The notes beneath the pieces are model-generated. The model ran no database searches. It was not told where the DNA came from and saw only the letters and a program-made list of their open reading frames with translations. A program made the translations under genes and the position numbers. This document shows, one piece after another, positions 38,234 through 47,469 of a stretch of 64,000 nucleotides of DNA (positions are counted from its first letter, which is position 1; each line of letters begins with the position of its first letter). The stretch comes from an uncultured Desulfarculus sp. (GTDB lineage: Bacteria > Desulfobacterota > Desulfarculia > Desulfarculales > Desulfarculaceae). The stretch is from NCBI GenBank assembly GCA_963665125.2, contig CAXXUK010000001.1:2432001-2496000 (forward strand), in the 5' to 3' direction.

Positions 38234-39307
38234 TTAGGACCTTCTGGCCAGTTTGTTGGCGAGTATAGAGATCAAACCACCCAGCATCACATAGCCCCAA
38301 ATCACTTCAAGAACGACACACCAGGTGGCGGCTGGCGTCTTTGGCGTAATGTCCCCAAAGCCCAAAGTGGTAAAGGTGACCACGCTGTAATAGATCATGG
38401 TGTGAATTGTGTGTTCTAGTGGCTCCTTAATATGAAATGCACTCTCACCAAGACAGAAAAATACAGCTGCAAACGTCAACGCAGAGATAACAGACCACGC
38501 GGCCCAGCGGCCCAACGAGCGTCCGCAATCGGCAAAAAGCCACCAAAGGCAATAAAGCAGTTTGTGTTTTATTTTGAATTCGTGGAGATAATTTTCGTCT
38601 TCAACATAACGCTTGAAAAGCTGGCTGCCAATTGCACCTCGGACGTCAGTGTCTGCGCATTTTGTCTTCTTGTTGAATTTTATCCAGGTTACATCGACGT
38701 CATTAAACCTCGCCCAAGTCAGGTCAGCGTACGAAAAATCTGAGTCTTTCAAGTTAGTCTCAATTATGCTCACATTCGTCAAATTTGACTTAATAAAGGA
38801 ACATGCCTTTAGGTTACAGGAAATAAATATTGCGCCAGTAAACTCACAGTTATGAAATTTGTTTCGTAAAAAGTTGCCGCCTTTTATAGCCGCAACGGAA
38901 AAATCACACTCAACCAAATCACTTTCAACAATCCAAATATTCTCAGCAGTTTCGGTCATCATTTCTGTTTGTTGCATGTTGACATCTTTAAATCTTGCGC
39001 TGTCCAGATGCGCACCATCAAATGAACACTCAGATCTCATTACGTTATTGAAAGTGCTCTCCTGTAGTTCTGACCTATAAAAAGAGACTCCTTTCACTAC
39101 TGACCGCGAAAAATCAACACCTTGGAACTCAGCAAACTCAAATGATATTTTCCCATCGACCATCTCAAGTCCGCATTCCGAGTCATCCCGAAATTCATCA
39201 AAATCAAGTTCTGTTAAATCCGGTTCTTTAACTTCATTAAAATGCCGCCACTCATTCCAGGCATCAACGCCCTCTTTCAACTTCGCCACGTGTTCCGGAT
39301 TAGCCAC
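38234..39307 (-). CDS. Pentapeptide-repeat protein with C-terminal 2-TM K+-channel-like pore (Ion_trans_2)
   Basis: MANPEHVAKLKEGVDAWNEWR start, A(D/N)L/F-type pentapeptide repeats, then TM-YYSVVTFTTLGFGDITP-TM. Confidence 0.85.
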   Translation of the reverse strand: MANPEHVAKLKEGVDAWNEWRHFNEVKEPDLTELDFDEFRDDSECGLEMVDGKISFEFAEFQGVDFSRSVVKGVSFYRSELQESTFNNVMRSECSFDGAHLDSARFKDVNMQQTEMMTETAENIWIVESDLVECDFSVAAIKGGNFLRNKFHNCEFTGAIFISCNLKACSFIKSNLTNVSIIETNLKDSDFSYADLTWARFNDVDVTWIKFNKKTKCADTDVRGAIGSQLFKRYVEDENYLHEFKIKHKLLYCLWWLFADCGRSLGRWAAWSVISALTFAAVFFCLGESAFHIKEPLEHTIHTMIYYSVVTFTTLGFGDITPKTPAATWCVVLEVIWGYVMLGGLISILANKLARRS

Positions 39308-39332
39308 TTTTCCCTTCCCAACCCTTTCCTGA

Positions 39333-41264
39333 CTATGTCACCAGCCAAGTCTGGTAGCGGTGCTCCAGCATGGCCTGGAACTCGCTGATCACCTTGAAGC
39401 TTTCCTTGAGCGTCTTGCGTTGCAGACTGGTCAGGGCCGCCGGGTTGACAAAGTTGTCCGGCTCCAGGCCCTGGGCCCTGGCCTCCAGGTGGCGGCTGAT
39501 GCGCAACAGCGTGATAAAGCCGAAGGCCTCCTTGAGGTCTGCGGCCAAGCCGGGCCGCAGAACGCCCGCGGCGGCGGCCCCCTCCAGGCGCTCCAGGGTG
39601 CTGGTGGCCAGAACCCCCTGATCCAGGGCCAGGACCCGCGCCCCGTCCACCAAGGGCATCAGGCCGTGGTTCTTGAGGTTGAGCTTGTTTTTGTTTTCGC
39701 CGCTGCGCTCCACCACGAACTGGCGCAGGAAACCCAGGGGCGCGCGGTTGTACAGGCCGTTTTTGGCCATGTAGCGCAGGAACAGGCGGTTGCCTTCCAG
39801 GGCTCCCCGCAGGTGCTCGCGCAGCAGGTCCACGTAATCGGCCTCGGCGTACACGGCCCGGAAATCAAAGAATATCGTGGCCATGCGCAGGGTCAGGGGC
39901 TTGGGCCTCTGGACCCAGCCTCCGAAGGTCTCGCGCCACTGGTCCATGGACTGGCACCAATTGGGGTTGTCGGCCATGATGTCGCCGGTGCACAGGGGAA
40001 AGCCGCAGCGCTCCAGGCCCCTGGTCACCCGGTGGGCCAGGCCCAGGAACCAGCCCTTGACCGCGCCCACCGAAGACTCCGGGAGCGGCGCGAAGATCAG
40101 GGCGTTGTCCTGGTCGGTGCGCAGGGTCTGTTCCCGGCGGCCCTCGCTGCCCAGGGCCATCCAGCAATACGGCGTGGGCGCGCCGCCCAGGCCCTCGGCC
40201 TCCATTTCGGCCTCGCTGAGCACCACCAGCTTGTGGGTCAGCCGGTCGTTGAACTCGGTGACCAGCTCCAACATGTCCTTGGCCGAGCCGCCCAGGCCTA
40301 AGAGCATCTCCACCACCCGGTCGATGCGCGGGTGCAAATGCACCAGGTCGTCGATGCTCTCGGACTTGTCGATCTCCCTGGCCAGGGCCACCGGGCTGCC
40401 GCCGGTGAGCGCCTGCAAGTCCCGGTCGCTGACAATGCCCGCCAGTTTGCCGTCGTCCACCACGGCCAGGTGATGCAGGCCGTGGCGGCTCATGGTCAAC
40501 AAGGCCTCGAAGGCGAAGGTCCGGGGGGCGATGGTCTTCAGGGGCTTGGTCATGAAGTCCACCACCTGCTGGTCGAAATCAGCGGCCCGGTCCATGACCC
40601 GCACCCGGAAATCGGTGTCGGTGAGGATGCCGATGGGTCGACCCTGGGCGCTGGTGACGATGATGGAGCCCACCTGGCGGGCGGTCATCATCCGGGCGGC
40701 CTCGCGCAGGCCGGTGCGCGGCGGACAGGTCAGGACGTCGCGGATCATCACGTCGCCCACCCTGCTGCGGGCCATGGCCGCGCCCAGGCCCAGGCCGCCA
40801 AGATCGGCGGCGGAGTTTTGCTCCCGCCCGGCTACCGTGGCCATGTCCCTGGCCAGGCTGAAGCTGAAGAAACGGCGAATGTCCGGGCGGTTGTCAACCA
40901 AATCCCGGAAGGCGTCCGCCGGGATCATGTAGCAGACCATGTCCTCCCGGGTGGTCACGTCGAAAAGCGGGGCCCGGCCCGAAAGCATGCTGGTGGCGCC
41001 AAAGGTGTCGCCCTCGCCCCGCAGGTCCACCAGCGCGGCGGGCTGGTCGCCCTGGGGCGGCAGGCTTTGTTCTGCCGAGCCGCTCTGGATGATGTGCAGA
41101 TGCCCGCTGGGTTCGCCGCCGGCCGTGAGCACCCGCGTGCCGCCTGGAAAATAGGCGATCTCCATGGCACCCACCAGTTCGGTCAGTTCTTCATAACCGA
41201 GCAGGTCGAACGGGGGCGTGTTTTGCACCGACTCCAGAACCCGTTGCCAGGGAAAATCTCTCAT
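39333..41264 (-). CDS. cNMP-binding / CBS-pair / DUF294 nucleotidyltransferase-like protein
   Basis: N-terminal cNMP domain (LHIIQSG, GEGDTFG), CBS pair (GILTDTD, GIVSDRDL), GSEGRREQTLRTDQDNAL, IFFDFR, LNLKNHG. Confidence 0.9.
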   Translation of the reverse strand: MRDFPWQRVLESVQNTPPFDLLGYEELTELVGAMEIAYFPGGTRVLTAGGEPSGHLHIIQSGSAEQSLPPQGDQPAALVDLRGEGDTFGATSMLSGRAPLFDVTTREDMVCYMIPADAFRDLVDNRPDIRRFFSFSLARDMATVAGREQNSAADLGGLGLGAAMARSRVGDVMIRDVLTCPPRTGLREAARMMTARQVGSIIVTSAQGRPIGILTDTDFRVRVMDRAADFDQQVVDFMTKPLKTIAPRTFAFEALLTMSRHGLHHLAVVDDGKLAGIVSDRDLQALTGGSPVALAREIDKSESIDDLVHLHPRIDRVVEMLLGLGGSAKDMLELVTEFNDRLTHKLVVLSEAEMEAEGLGGAPTPYCWMALGSEGRREQTLRTDQDNALIFAPLPESSVGAVKGWFLGLAHRVTRGLERCGFPLCTGDIMADNPNWCQSMDQWRETFGGWVQRPKPLTLRMATIFFDFRAVYAEADYVDLLREHLRGALEGNRLFLRYMAKNGLYNRAPLGFLRQFVVERSGENKNKLNLKNHGLMPLVDGARVLALDQGVLATSTLERLEGAAAAGVLRPGLAADLKEAFGFITLLRISRHLEARAQGLEPDNFVNPAALTSLQRKTLKESFKVISEFQAMLEHRYQTWLVT

Positions 41265-41482
41265 CCGCGATTCCTTTGGTTTATGCCCGGTATTATGGCA
41301 CTACGGCGGCCCGGAGGGAAACATCCTAGTTGAGCGAACCGGCCAAACCATGGTCGCCAACAAAAACAGTGTTCAATTTATTTCCGATTGGGCTTGAATT
41401 CGCTACGGCTGAACCACTATGCTGGACAAGCCTATTCGTCCACTGACTTTGTAATAATTATCGCCGGGAGTGCTGGGAACCT

Positions 41483-41932
41483 ATGGATCTGACACCGGAA
41501 ATATTGGAGCAGATACTAAAAGACAGCGTGCCTTTTGTTTACAACACCGGTCTGAAGGCCGTGAGCATGGAACGCTGCAGGGTCAAACTGCTGATGCCAT
41601 TCAAGGGCAACGGCAATCACGTGGGCTACATGTACGCCGGGGCCCTGTTCACCCTGGCCGAGGTGCCGGGCGGCGCGCTTTTCTTTACCACGTTCGACCC
41701 GGAAAAGTTCTATCCCATCGTCAAGAGCCTCAAAATCGACTTCCTGCGCCCGGCCAAGGGCGACACCACCATAGACATATCCATAACCGAAGACGAAGCC
41801 CGGCGGATCGCCGAAGAAGCCGAGGCTACCGGAAAGAGTGAATTCGTGCTAAAGGGCGAGATCATCGATTCCGAGGGGCGGGTCGCCGCCACCAGCGAGG
41901 GAATCTATCAGATCCGCGCCCACGGCATGTAA
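41483..41932 (+). CDS. Hotdog-fold PaaI/YiiD-like thioesterase
   Basis: NGNHVGYMYAGALFTLAE, IDFLRPAKG. Confidence 0.82.
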   Translation: MDLTPEILEQILKDSVPFVYNTGLKAVSMERCRVKLLMPFKGNGNHVGYMYAGALFTLAEVPGGALFFTTFDPEKFYPIVKSLKIDFLRPAKGDTTIDISITEDEARRIAEEAEATGKSEFVLKGEIIDSEGRVAATSEGIYQIRAHGM

Positions 41933-42063
41933 CAACGCCACCGCAGGCACCCAACCGCAGGTCGTTAACCATGATCAGCCGAACCTGTCAGCGGCTATCC
42001 AAACCGGGAGATTCATCTTGACTTAGCACCGGAAAATCCAAGTTGATTCAACTGGAGGACAAA

Positions 42064-43803
42064 ATGGCCCAAAAGCCATGGTTGGGCGCCTGCCGGCCCG
42101 CAGGCGTGCGCGAAGACGTAGGAGATTATCACAAACCCCTGTTCAGCATTTTAGACGACTCGATACGCGACTACCCGGACGCGGTGTTTACCATATTTCA
42201 GGGAGCCGGCCGCACCTATCGGCAGGTCGGAGACTCCGTGGACCGCCTGGCCAATTTCCTGGCCTCCCGGGGTATTGAAAAGGGCGACCGCTGTGCGGTG
42301 TTTCTGCCCAACATACCGCATTTCCCCGAGGCTTATTACGGCATCCTCAAGGCCGGAGCGGTGACCGTCACCTGCAACCCCCTCTACACCGCATCCGAAC
42401 TCAACTACCAGCTAAAGGACTGCGGGGCCAAGGCCGTGTTCGTCATGGACCACCCGGTCTTTTATCCCCTGGCCTGCAAGGCCATCCAGGACACGGACGT
42501 CGAGACCGTGGTGGTCTGCAACATCAAGTCGTATCTGCCCAAGGTCAAGGCCATTCTGGGCGGTCTTTTGGGCAAACTTCCCAAGGCCGACAGCCACCAA
42601 AGCGGCCACTTCATGTGGGACGACGCTCTGGCCTCGGCCAAGCCCCAGCCGCCCGACGTTGACATTGATCCGCAAAAGGACCTGGGCCTGATCATCTACA
42701 CCGGCGGCACCACCGGCGTGCCCAAGGGCGCGGCCCTGACCCACGCCAGCCTGTTGCACAATGTCAAGGCGTCATACGAATGGGTCCGGCTGCCCCCCAG
42801 CGAAGGCGCGGCCCTGGAACCCATTCGAAAAGGCGGGGCGCATACTTTCATCGGCGTGTTGCCCTGGTACCACAGCTTCGGCATGACCCTGTGCCTGAAC
42901 CAGACCGTCATCTCGGGCAACCGGGTGGTCTGCATCCCCGACCCCAGAGCCGGCAAACCGCCGTTTACGGAGGTGCTGGCCTCCATCGAAAAATATAAGG
43001 TAACGATCCTCACCGCCGTACCAACGATCTACTCGGCTTTCATCACCCATCCGCTCACGGACAAATTCGACCTGACGTCGATCCAGGGCTGCGGTTCGGG
43101 CGGCGCACCCATCCCGGTGGAGGTGATCAAGCAGTTCGAGCAAAAAACAGGCGCGGTGATCTTCGAGGGCTACGGTCTTTCAGAGACAGGCCCGGTGGTC
43201 TGCATCAACCCCACCACCAAGGAAACCAGGCGCATCGGTTCGGTGGGCCAGCCCGTGCCGGGCACCGAGGTGGCAATCCTTGACCTGGACACCGGCCTGG
43301 AGGAACAGCCACTGGGCGCCGACGCCGAGATCGCCGTGCACGGGCCCCAGGTCATGCAGGGTTACTGGAACCGGCCCGATGCCGATGACGAGGTGTTCCG
43401 CACCATAGACGGCAAGCGCTATTTCCTCACCGGCGATATCGGCCACCTGGACGCAGACGGCTATCTGTTCATCACCGACCGTAAGAAGGATTTGATCCTG
43501 GTGGGCGGCTTCAACGCCTATCCCAGGGAAATCGAGGAAACCCTGTACGAACACCCCAAGGTGGCCAACGCCGCCGTGGTGGGCATCCCCGACCCCAAGA
43601 GCGGAGAGGCGGTCAAGGCCTTTATTCAGCTCAAACCGGGCCAGGAAGCCACGGAGCAGGAGATAAAGGATTTCTGCGCCGAGCGCCTGGCCGGCTACAA
43701 ACGGCCCAAAATGATCGAGTTCCGCGAGGAGCTGCCAACCTCGGTGGTGGGCAAGGTCCTGCGCCGGGTGCTCCGGGATGAAGAAAGGGCGAAATATAAA
43801 TAA
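42064..43803 (+). CDS. Long-chain-fatty-acid--CoA ligase (FadD-like)
   Basis: YTGGTTGVPKG, EGYGLSE, TGDIG, DRKKDLI, VGKVLRR. Confidence 0.9.
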   Translation: MAQKPWLGACRPAGVREDVGDYHKPLFSILDDSIRDYPDAVFTIFQGAGRTYRQVGDSVDRLANFLASRGIEKGDRCAVFLPNIPHFPEAYYGILKAGAVTVTCNPLYTASELNYQLKDCGAKAVFVMDHPVFYPLACKAIQDTDVETVVVCNIKSYLPKVKAILGGLLGKLPKADSHQSGHFMWDDALASAKPQPPDVDIDPQKDLGLIIYTGGTTGVPKGAALTHASLLHNVKASYEWVRLPPSEGAALEPIRKGGAHTFIGVLPWYHSFGMTLCLNQTVISGNRVVCIPDPRAGKPPFTEVLASIEKYKVTILTAVPTIYSAFITHPLTDKFDLTSIQGCGSGGAPIPVEVIKQFEQKTGAVIFEGYGLSETGPVVCINPTTKETRRIGSVGQPVPGTEVAILDLDTGLEEQPLGADAEIAVHGPQVMQGYWNRPDADDEVFRTIDGKRYFLTGDIGHLDADGYLFITDRKKDLILVGGFNAYPREIEETLYEHPKVANAAVVGIPDPKSGEAVKAFIQLKPGQEATEQEIKDFCAERLAGYKRPKMIEFREELPTSVVGKVLRRVLRDEERAKYK

Positions 43804-43809
43804 GCGGCC

Positions 43810-44709
43810 CTATTCCAGGCCATAAACCTGCCGGGGCGCCAAGTGCTCCGGCAGGCGCTCGACGAGGGCCCGCCGGGTCAGGAAGCAATAGTGGCACTCG
43901 TCCACGCAGGCGCGGCCAGGCTGCACGCCGTAGTGCCGGGCCAGTTCGGCCGGGCCGCCTTTTACCAAAGGACCGCACACGGGATGGTCCGGGGCATGAT
44001 AGTCCCGGACCATTTCATGTAGCGGCCTTTGCCACATATTGCCCATGCTGATGCCCTGGCAGATATGCACGTGCCCGAAGGCATCAACATGCACCCGCTT
44101 GGGCGAAACAAGTTCTTCGTGTTTGCACTCGGAAAACGACTCGGGGTCCTGGGTGGGCAGGCCATCGGTAAGCTTGTCCGCCGCCCGGCCGATATACAGC
44201 GGTTCGCCTCCGGCCACGGGCTCGCCCTTGTCGCCATAATCCGCAGGGCATCCCTTGGCCTGGGGGTTGTCGATGGCTATGGTGCTGGTGGCAATGCCCA
44301 GCTTTTCCGCCGCCTGCAAGGCGCGGCTGGCCGGGTTGTCCGGGTCGTCGGCGTGAAAGGCGTCGTTGCTCAGGCTGATGAAAGAAAGCCCCCGGTCCCG
44401 CAGGGGCCTGAGCCAAAGCTCGGCATCATCGTCGCAGGTGGCCATGTAGGCGTTGGAGACCATGCTGGCCTTGAAGCCCATGTCGGCGGTCAGGCCAACC
44501 GCCTCCAACAGCAGTGGATAATAAAGCAGGGCCTCGCCGCCCTCGAAAAAGATCGAGTCCACCGTGCCGATCTTCTTGGCCTCGTCCAGAACCTGTTTCA
44601 CCTGGGCCAGGGTAAAGGTGCCGCTTGATCTGGGGCTGCAATACAAAAAGCAGTGGTCGCATTCGTAGTTGCAGTTGTAGGTCAGAAGAAAATGAATTCC
44701 GTTGAGCAT
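43810..44709 (-). CDS. Radical SAM protein of unknown function
   Basis: CNYECDHC (CxxxCxxC), EGGE, C-terminal Cys motif (C...HICQG...CHYC). Confidence 0.85.
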   Translation of the reverse strand: MLNGIHFLLTYNCNYECDHCFLYCSPRSSGTFTLAQVKQVLDEAKKIGTVDSIFFEGGEALLYYPLLLEAVGLTADMGFKASMVSNAYMATCDDDAELWLRPLRDRGLSFISLSNDAFHADDPDNPASRALQAAEKLGIATSTIAIDNPQAKGCPADYGDKGEPVAGGEPLYIGRAADKLTDGLPTQDPESFSECKHEELVSPKRVHVDAFGHVHICQGISMGNMWQRPLHEMVRDYHAPDHPVCGPLVKGGPAELARHYGVQPGRACVDECHYCFLTRRALVERLPEHLAPRQVYGLE

Positions 44710-44829
44710 GGCCTCCCCCTTTCGCCCATGGGTCAAGGCCAGCCTACAACAAAAAAGCCCTTAAAGATACGGGGAAAGCCGTACGCCACCGCGCCCGAAG
44801 CATGGGTGATGGACTCCGCCGACCCCTAT

Positions 44830-44873
44830 AAAAAGGCGGGGCGGACCGGAAAAGCCTCCGGCCCGCCCCTTTT
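44830..44873. terminator. Terminator hairpin downstream of the TonB receptor
   Basis: A run, then GGGGCGGACCGGA...TCCGGCCCGCCCC, then T run. Confidence 0.6.
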
Positions 44874-44896
44874 GGTTGCATCAGTCCGGCGTACGG

Positions 44897-47041
44897 TTAG
44901 AACGAAGCCGTCAGGGTCACGCCGTAGTTGAGCCCCGGCGCGGCATAGCCGAAGCGTTCCTGATAATCCTCGTCAAACAGGTTGCGGGCAAAGGCGGCCA
45001 CGGTGAGGTACTGGCACACCGGATAGCTCGCCTCCAGATCCACGGTCATGTAATCGTCCTGGTCGCGAACCCGCAGGTCGGTGGTCCACAAGGTGTTGTT
45101 GTTGTAGATGACCTTCTGGCTGCCCACCATGTGCAGAAACACGGCGATCTTGGCATTGTTCGGGGCCTTGTACTGGACGCCCAGGTTGGCCATGTGTTCG
45201 GGCAGGCCGGGGATCTCGTCAAAGTCGCGGTCGGCCGGATCGACAAAATTAGCCACAAAGGGATCACCCTCGGTCTTGGACTTCTGATAGGTGTAGTTGA
45301 AAAACGCCGAAAAACCCAGGGGCAACTGCTGGCTGATCTGGAACTCCACGCCCCAGATCTCGGCCTTTTCGATATTGTAGGCCACGAAGTTGATCAGGTC
45401 GAACTGGATGTAATCGTCGATCTTGTAGTAGTAGGGCGAAAGCTCGATGCTGGTGCGGCTGGGCAGCTCGGCCCGCCAACCGCCCTGGAGCATCAGGCCG
45501 TCTTCCTTTTCAAAGGGAAGGTCGCTGGTGTCCACCCCGGCGTCGTCGGGGTCGTAGTGCCAGTAGTGTTCCGGCGGGGTGGGCATGCGCAGAGCCCGGG
45601 CCACGCTGACATAGGCCAGGCTCTTGGGCGCGTAATGATAAGTCAGCTTCAAGGACGGAGCCCAGCCGTTCATGCTGATGTCGGGGATATCTTCCACCTC
45701 GCCGCCCGGTCCGGAATCGCCATCATAGGATTCGTAACGAATGCCCGGGGTGATCCACAGTTTTTTATCCATCAGGCGAATGTCGCCCATGGCCCAGGCC
45801 CCCAGGTTCTTGGCGGCCACGTAGTAGCCGTTGCGGAAGTAATCCCGGAAGTCGTCGGAGTAGTTCTCGTCGCCGTCATCCTTGAGATAGCTGTAGTCAA
45901 CGCCCACCCGCAGGGTATGGTCGCCGATATCAAGTTTGTAGCCGCCGTCGGCGCCCCAGGAACGGTCGTCGAAAAATTTTTTATGGAACACGCGGTCCAT
46001 GGAGGCGCGGGTGTTGTATGCCTCGCGGTCGCCGTGGTTCTGCCAGTAACGCAGTTCCACTTCACCATAGGCGCCCATATCCTGGCGCACGCCGCCTTCA
46101 AAGAGCCATTTTTCCTTTTCCCACCAGGAGCCGACCTCGGGATAGGCGCCCATGCCGCCATACATGTATTCGCCGTCCGAGGCGGGGTAGTCCGGGTTAT
46201 TGGGCGAATCATAACCGGGCTCGCCGTAATTTTTGTTTAGCCGGTTATTGACGATAAAGCTTTTCTTTACCTTGGAATACTGAACGTCGGCCCAGACAAA
46301 GGTGTCGGTGGGCAAATCATAGCCCAGGTGAAGGTCCACGTTTCCGTAGCGCTGTTCGCCGTTGTAGAGGTAGCCGTCGCTGTCGAGCTTGCGGGCGGCG
46401 ATGGAATATTCAAAGCGCCCCGGCTTCCAGGCATTGTAAAGGTTCACGCCCCAGGTGTCGTCGCTGCCGTAGGACGCCGAGACCGTGGTTACGGGCAGTT
46501 CGGTTTGCGGAGGCTGTTTCAGCACCAGGTTGACCACGCCGCCCAGTACGTTGCCCCAACGGGGATCGGCCACGCCTTTGATTACTTCCACCCTATCCAC
46601 GTTGTAGAGGGGGATCTGGGTCCAGTCGATGAAATAGCCGCCGGCCGTGCCCGAGGTATTGAGAAGCCGTCCATCGCGCATGACCTTGATGCGCCGGGCG
46701 CCGAAGCCCCGGATTTTGATGGAATCGTCATCCATGGCCGTGCCTATCTGCTGGATCCGCTCAACCACGATGCCCGGCTGCCGTTCCAGCACCGTGTCCA
46801 GGGTGCTGCCCAGGCTCATGGGGAAACGGTCGGGCATGATCACGTCCATGTTGGGCGTTTCCACGTCCTGTGCCAACTCGGCGGCGGTCACCTTCACCTC
46901 ATCGAGCTGGATGATTTTTTTAGTCTCGCTTTGGGCGTCAGCCCCTTCATCGGCCAGGGCCGGCGTGCCGCAACACAGCATCGCGGCCAGGGCGCAGATG
47001 ATCATCGGCCAGCCCATCGGCCGATTTCTTTTCGCTTCCAT
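44897..47041 (-). CDS. TonB-dependent outer-membrane receptor
   Basis: Signal peptide, LDEVKVTA TonB box, plug (IRGFG, VDRVEVIKG, GGVVNLV), NLFD..Y, terminal Phe. Confidence 0.92.
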   Translation of the reverse strand: MEAKRNRPMGWPMIICALAAMLCCGTPALADEGADAQSETKKIIQLDEVKVTAAELAQDVETPNMDVIMPDRFPMSLGSTLDTVLERQPGIVVERIQQIGTAMDDDSIKIRGFGARRIKVMRDGRLLNTSGTAGGYFIDWTQIPLYNVDRVEVIKGVADPRWGNVLGGVVNLVLKQPPQTELPVTTVSASYGSDDTWGVNLYNAWKPGRFEYSIAARKLDSDGYLYNGEQRYGNVDLHLGYDLPTDTFVWADVQYSKVKKSFIVNNRLNKNYGEPGYDSPNNPDYPASDGEYMYGGMGAYPEVGSWWEKEKWLFEGGVRQDMGAYGEVELRYWQNHGDREAYNTRASMDRVFHKKFFDDRSWGADGGYKLDIGDHTLRVGVDYSYLKDDGDENYSDDFRDYFRNGYYVAAKNLGAWAMGDIRLMDKKLWITPGIRYESYDGDSGPGGEVEDIPDISMNGWAPSLKLTYHYAPKSLAYVSVARALRMPTPPEHYWHYDPDDAGVDTSDLPFEKEDGLMLQGGWRAELPSRTSIELSPYYYKIDDYIQFDLINFVAYNIEKAEIWGVEFQISQQLPLGFSAFFNYTYQKSKTEGDPFVANFVDPADRDFDEIPGLPEHMANLGVQYKAPNNAKIAVFLHMVGSQKVIYNNNTLWTTDLRVRDQDDYMTVDLEASYPVCQYLTVAAFARNLFDEDYQERFGYAAPGLNYGVTLTASF

Positions 47042-47162
47042 TTTGTTTCTCTCTCCACTGTTGTCGTTAGTGCGAACGGTTTTTCGTCCGCCTTTGAGCG
47101 GCTAGCCGCAAATGCGCCGTTTTCCGGCTCGGCTTACGATCCCACACCCAAGAAAACCAAAT

Positions 47163-47217
47163 AAAAAAACAGCCACGATGGCGATTCCAAAGGGAACCTT
47201 CGCCTTCGTGGCTGTTT
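47163..47217 (-). terminator. Intrinsic terminator in the 5' leader of the TonB receptor (attenuator)
   Basis: Minus strand ACAGCCACGAAGGCGA...TCGCCATCGTGGCTGT followed by a T run, about 120 nt upstream of the ATG. Confidence 0.7.
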
Positions 47218-47469
47218 GCACGCTATTGCCGGCTTCGTCCGGCCGCGATAATTATAGTTTAATATGGGGTGGTGTTTGCCCTCCGGGGGGTGCCACGGCT
47301 TCAACCGCTGCTTGATTAATGGACCTTATTAGGACAAATACAAATAAAAATCAAGCATACTTCTTCTATACCACATTTCCCCACAGGCTCGGGCCTGGAC
47401 ATAGGCGCATATCAGGGCCGGGACAGTGCACGATCGGCTCCACTCCTCTGGCAAATCCTGGTCTGAGTG

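Noticed and set aside
39333..41264. Calling the NTase a CBASS CD-NTase
   Set aside because: The architecture is cNMP-CBS-DUF294 (GlnD/GlnE-related), not cGAS/DncV-like; the similarity to CBASS is only in operon logic.
47042..47469. Cobalamin or Moco riboswitch upstream of the TonB receptor
   Set aside because: I could not find the B12-box or GCCACTG core, nor a convincing Moco motif; only the terminator and tandem hairpins are supported.
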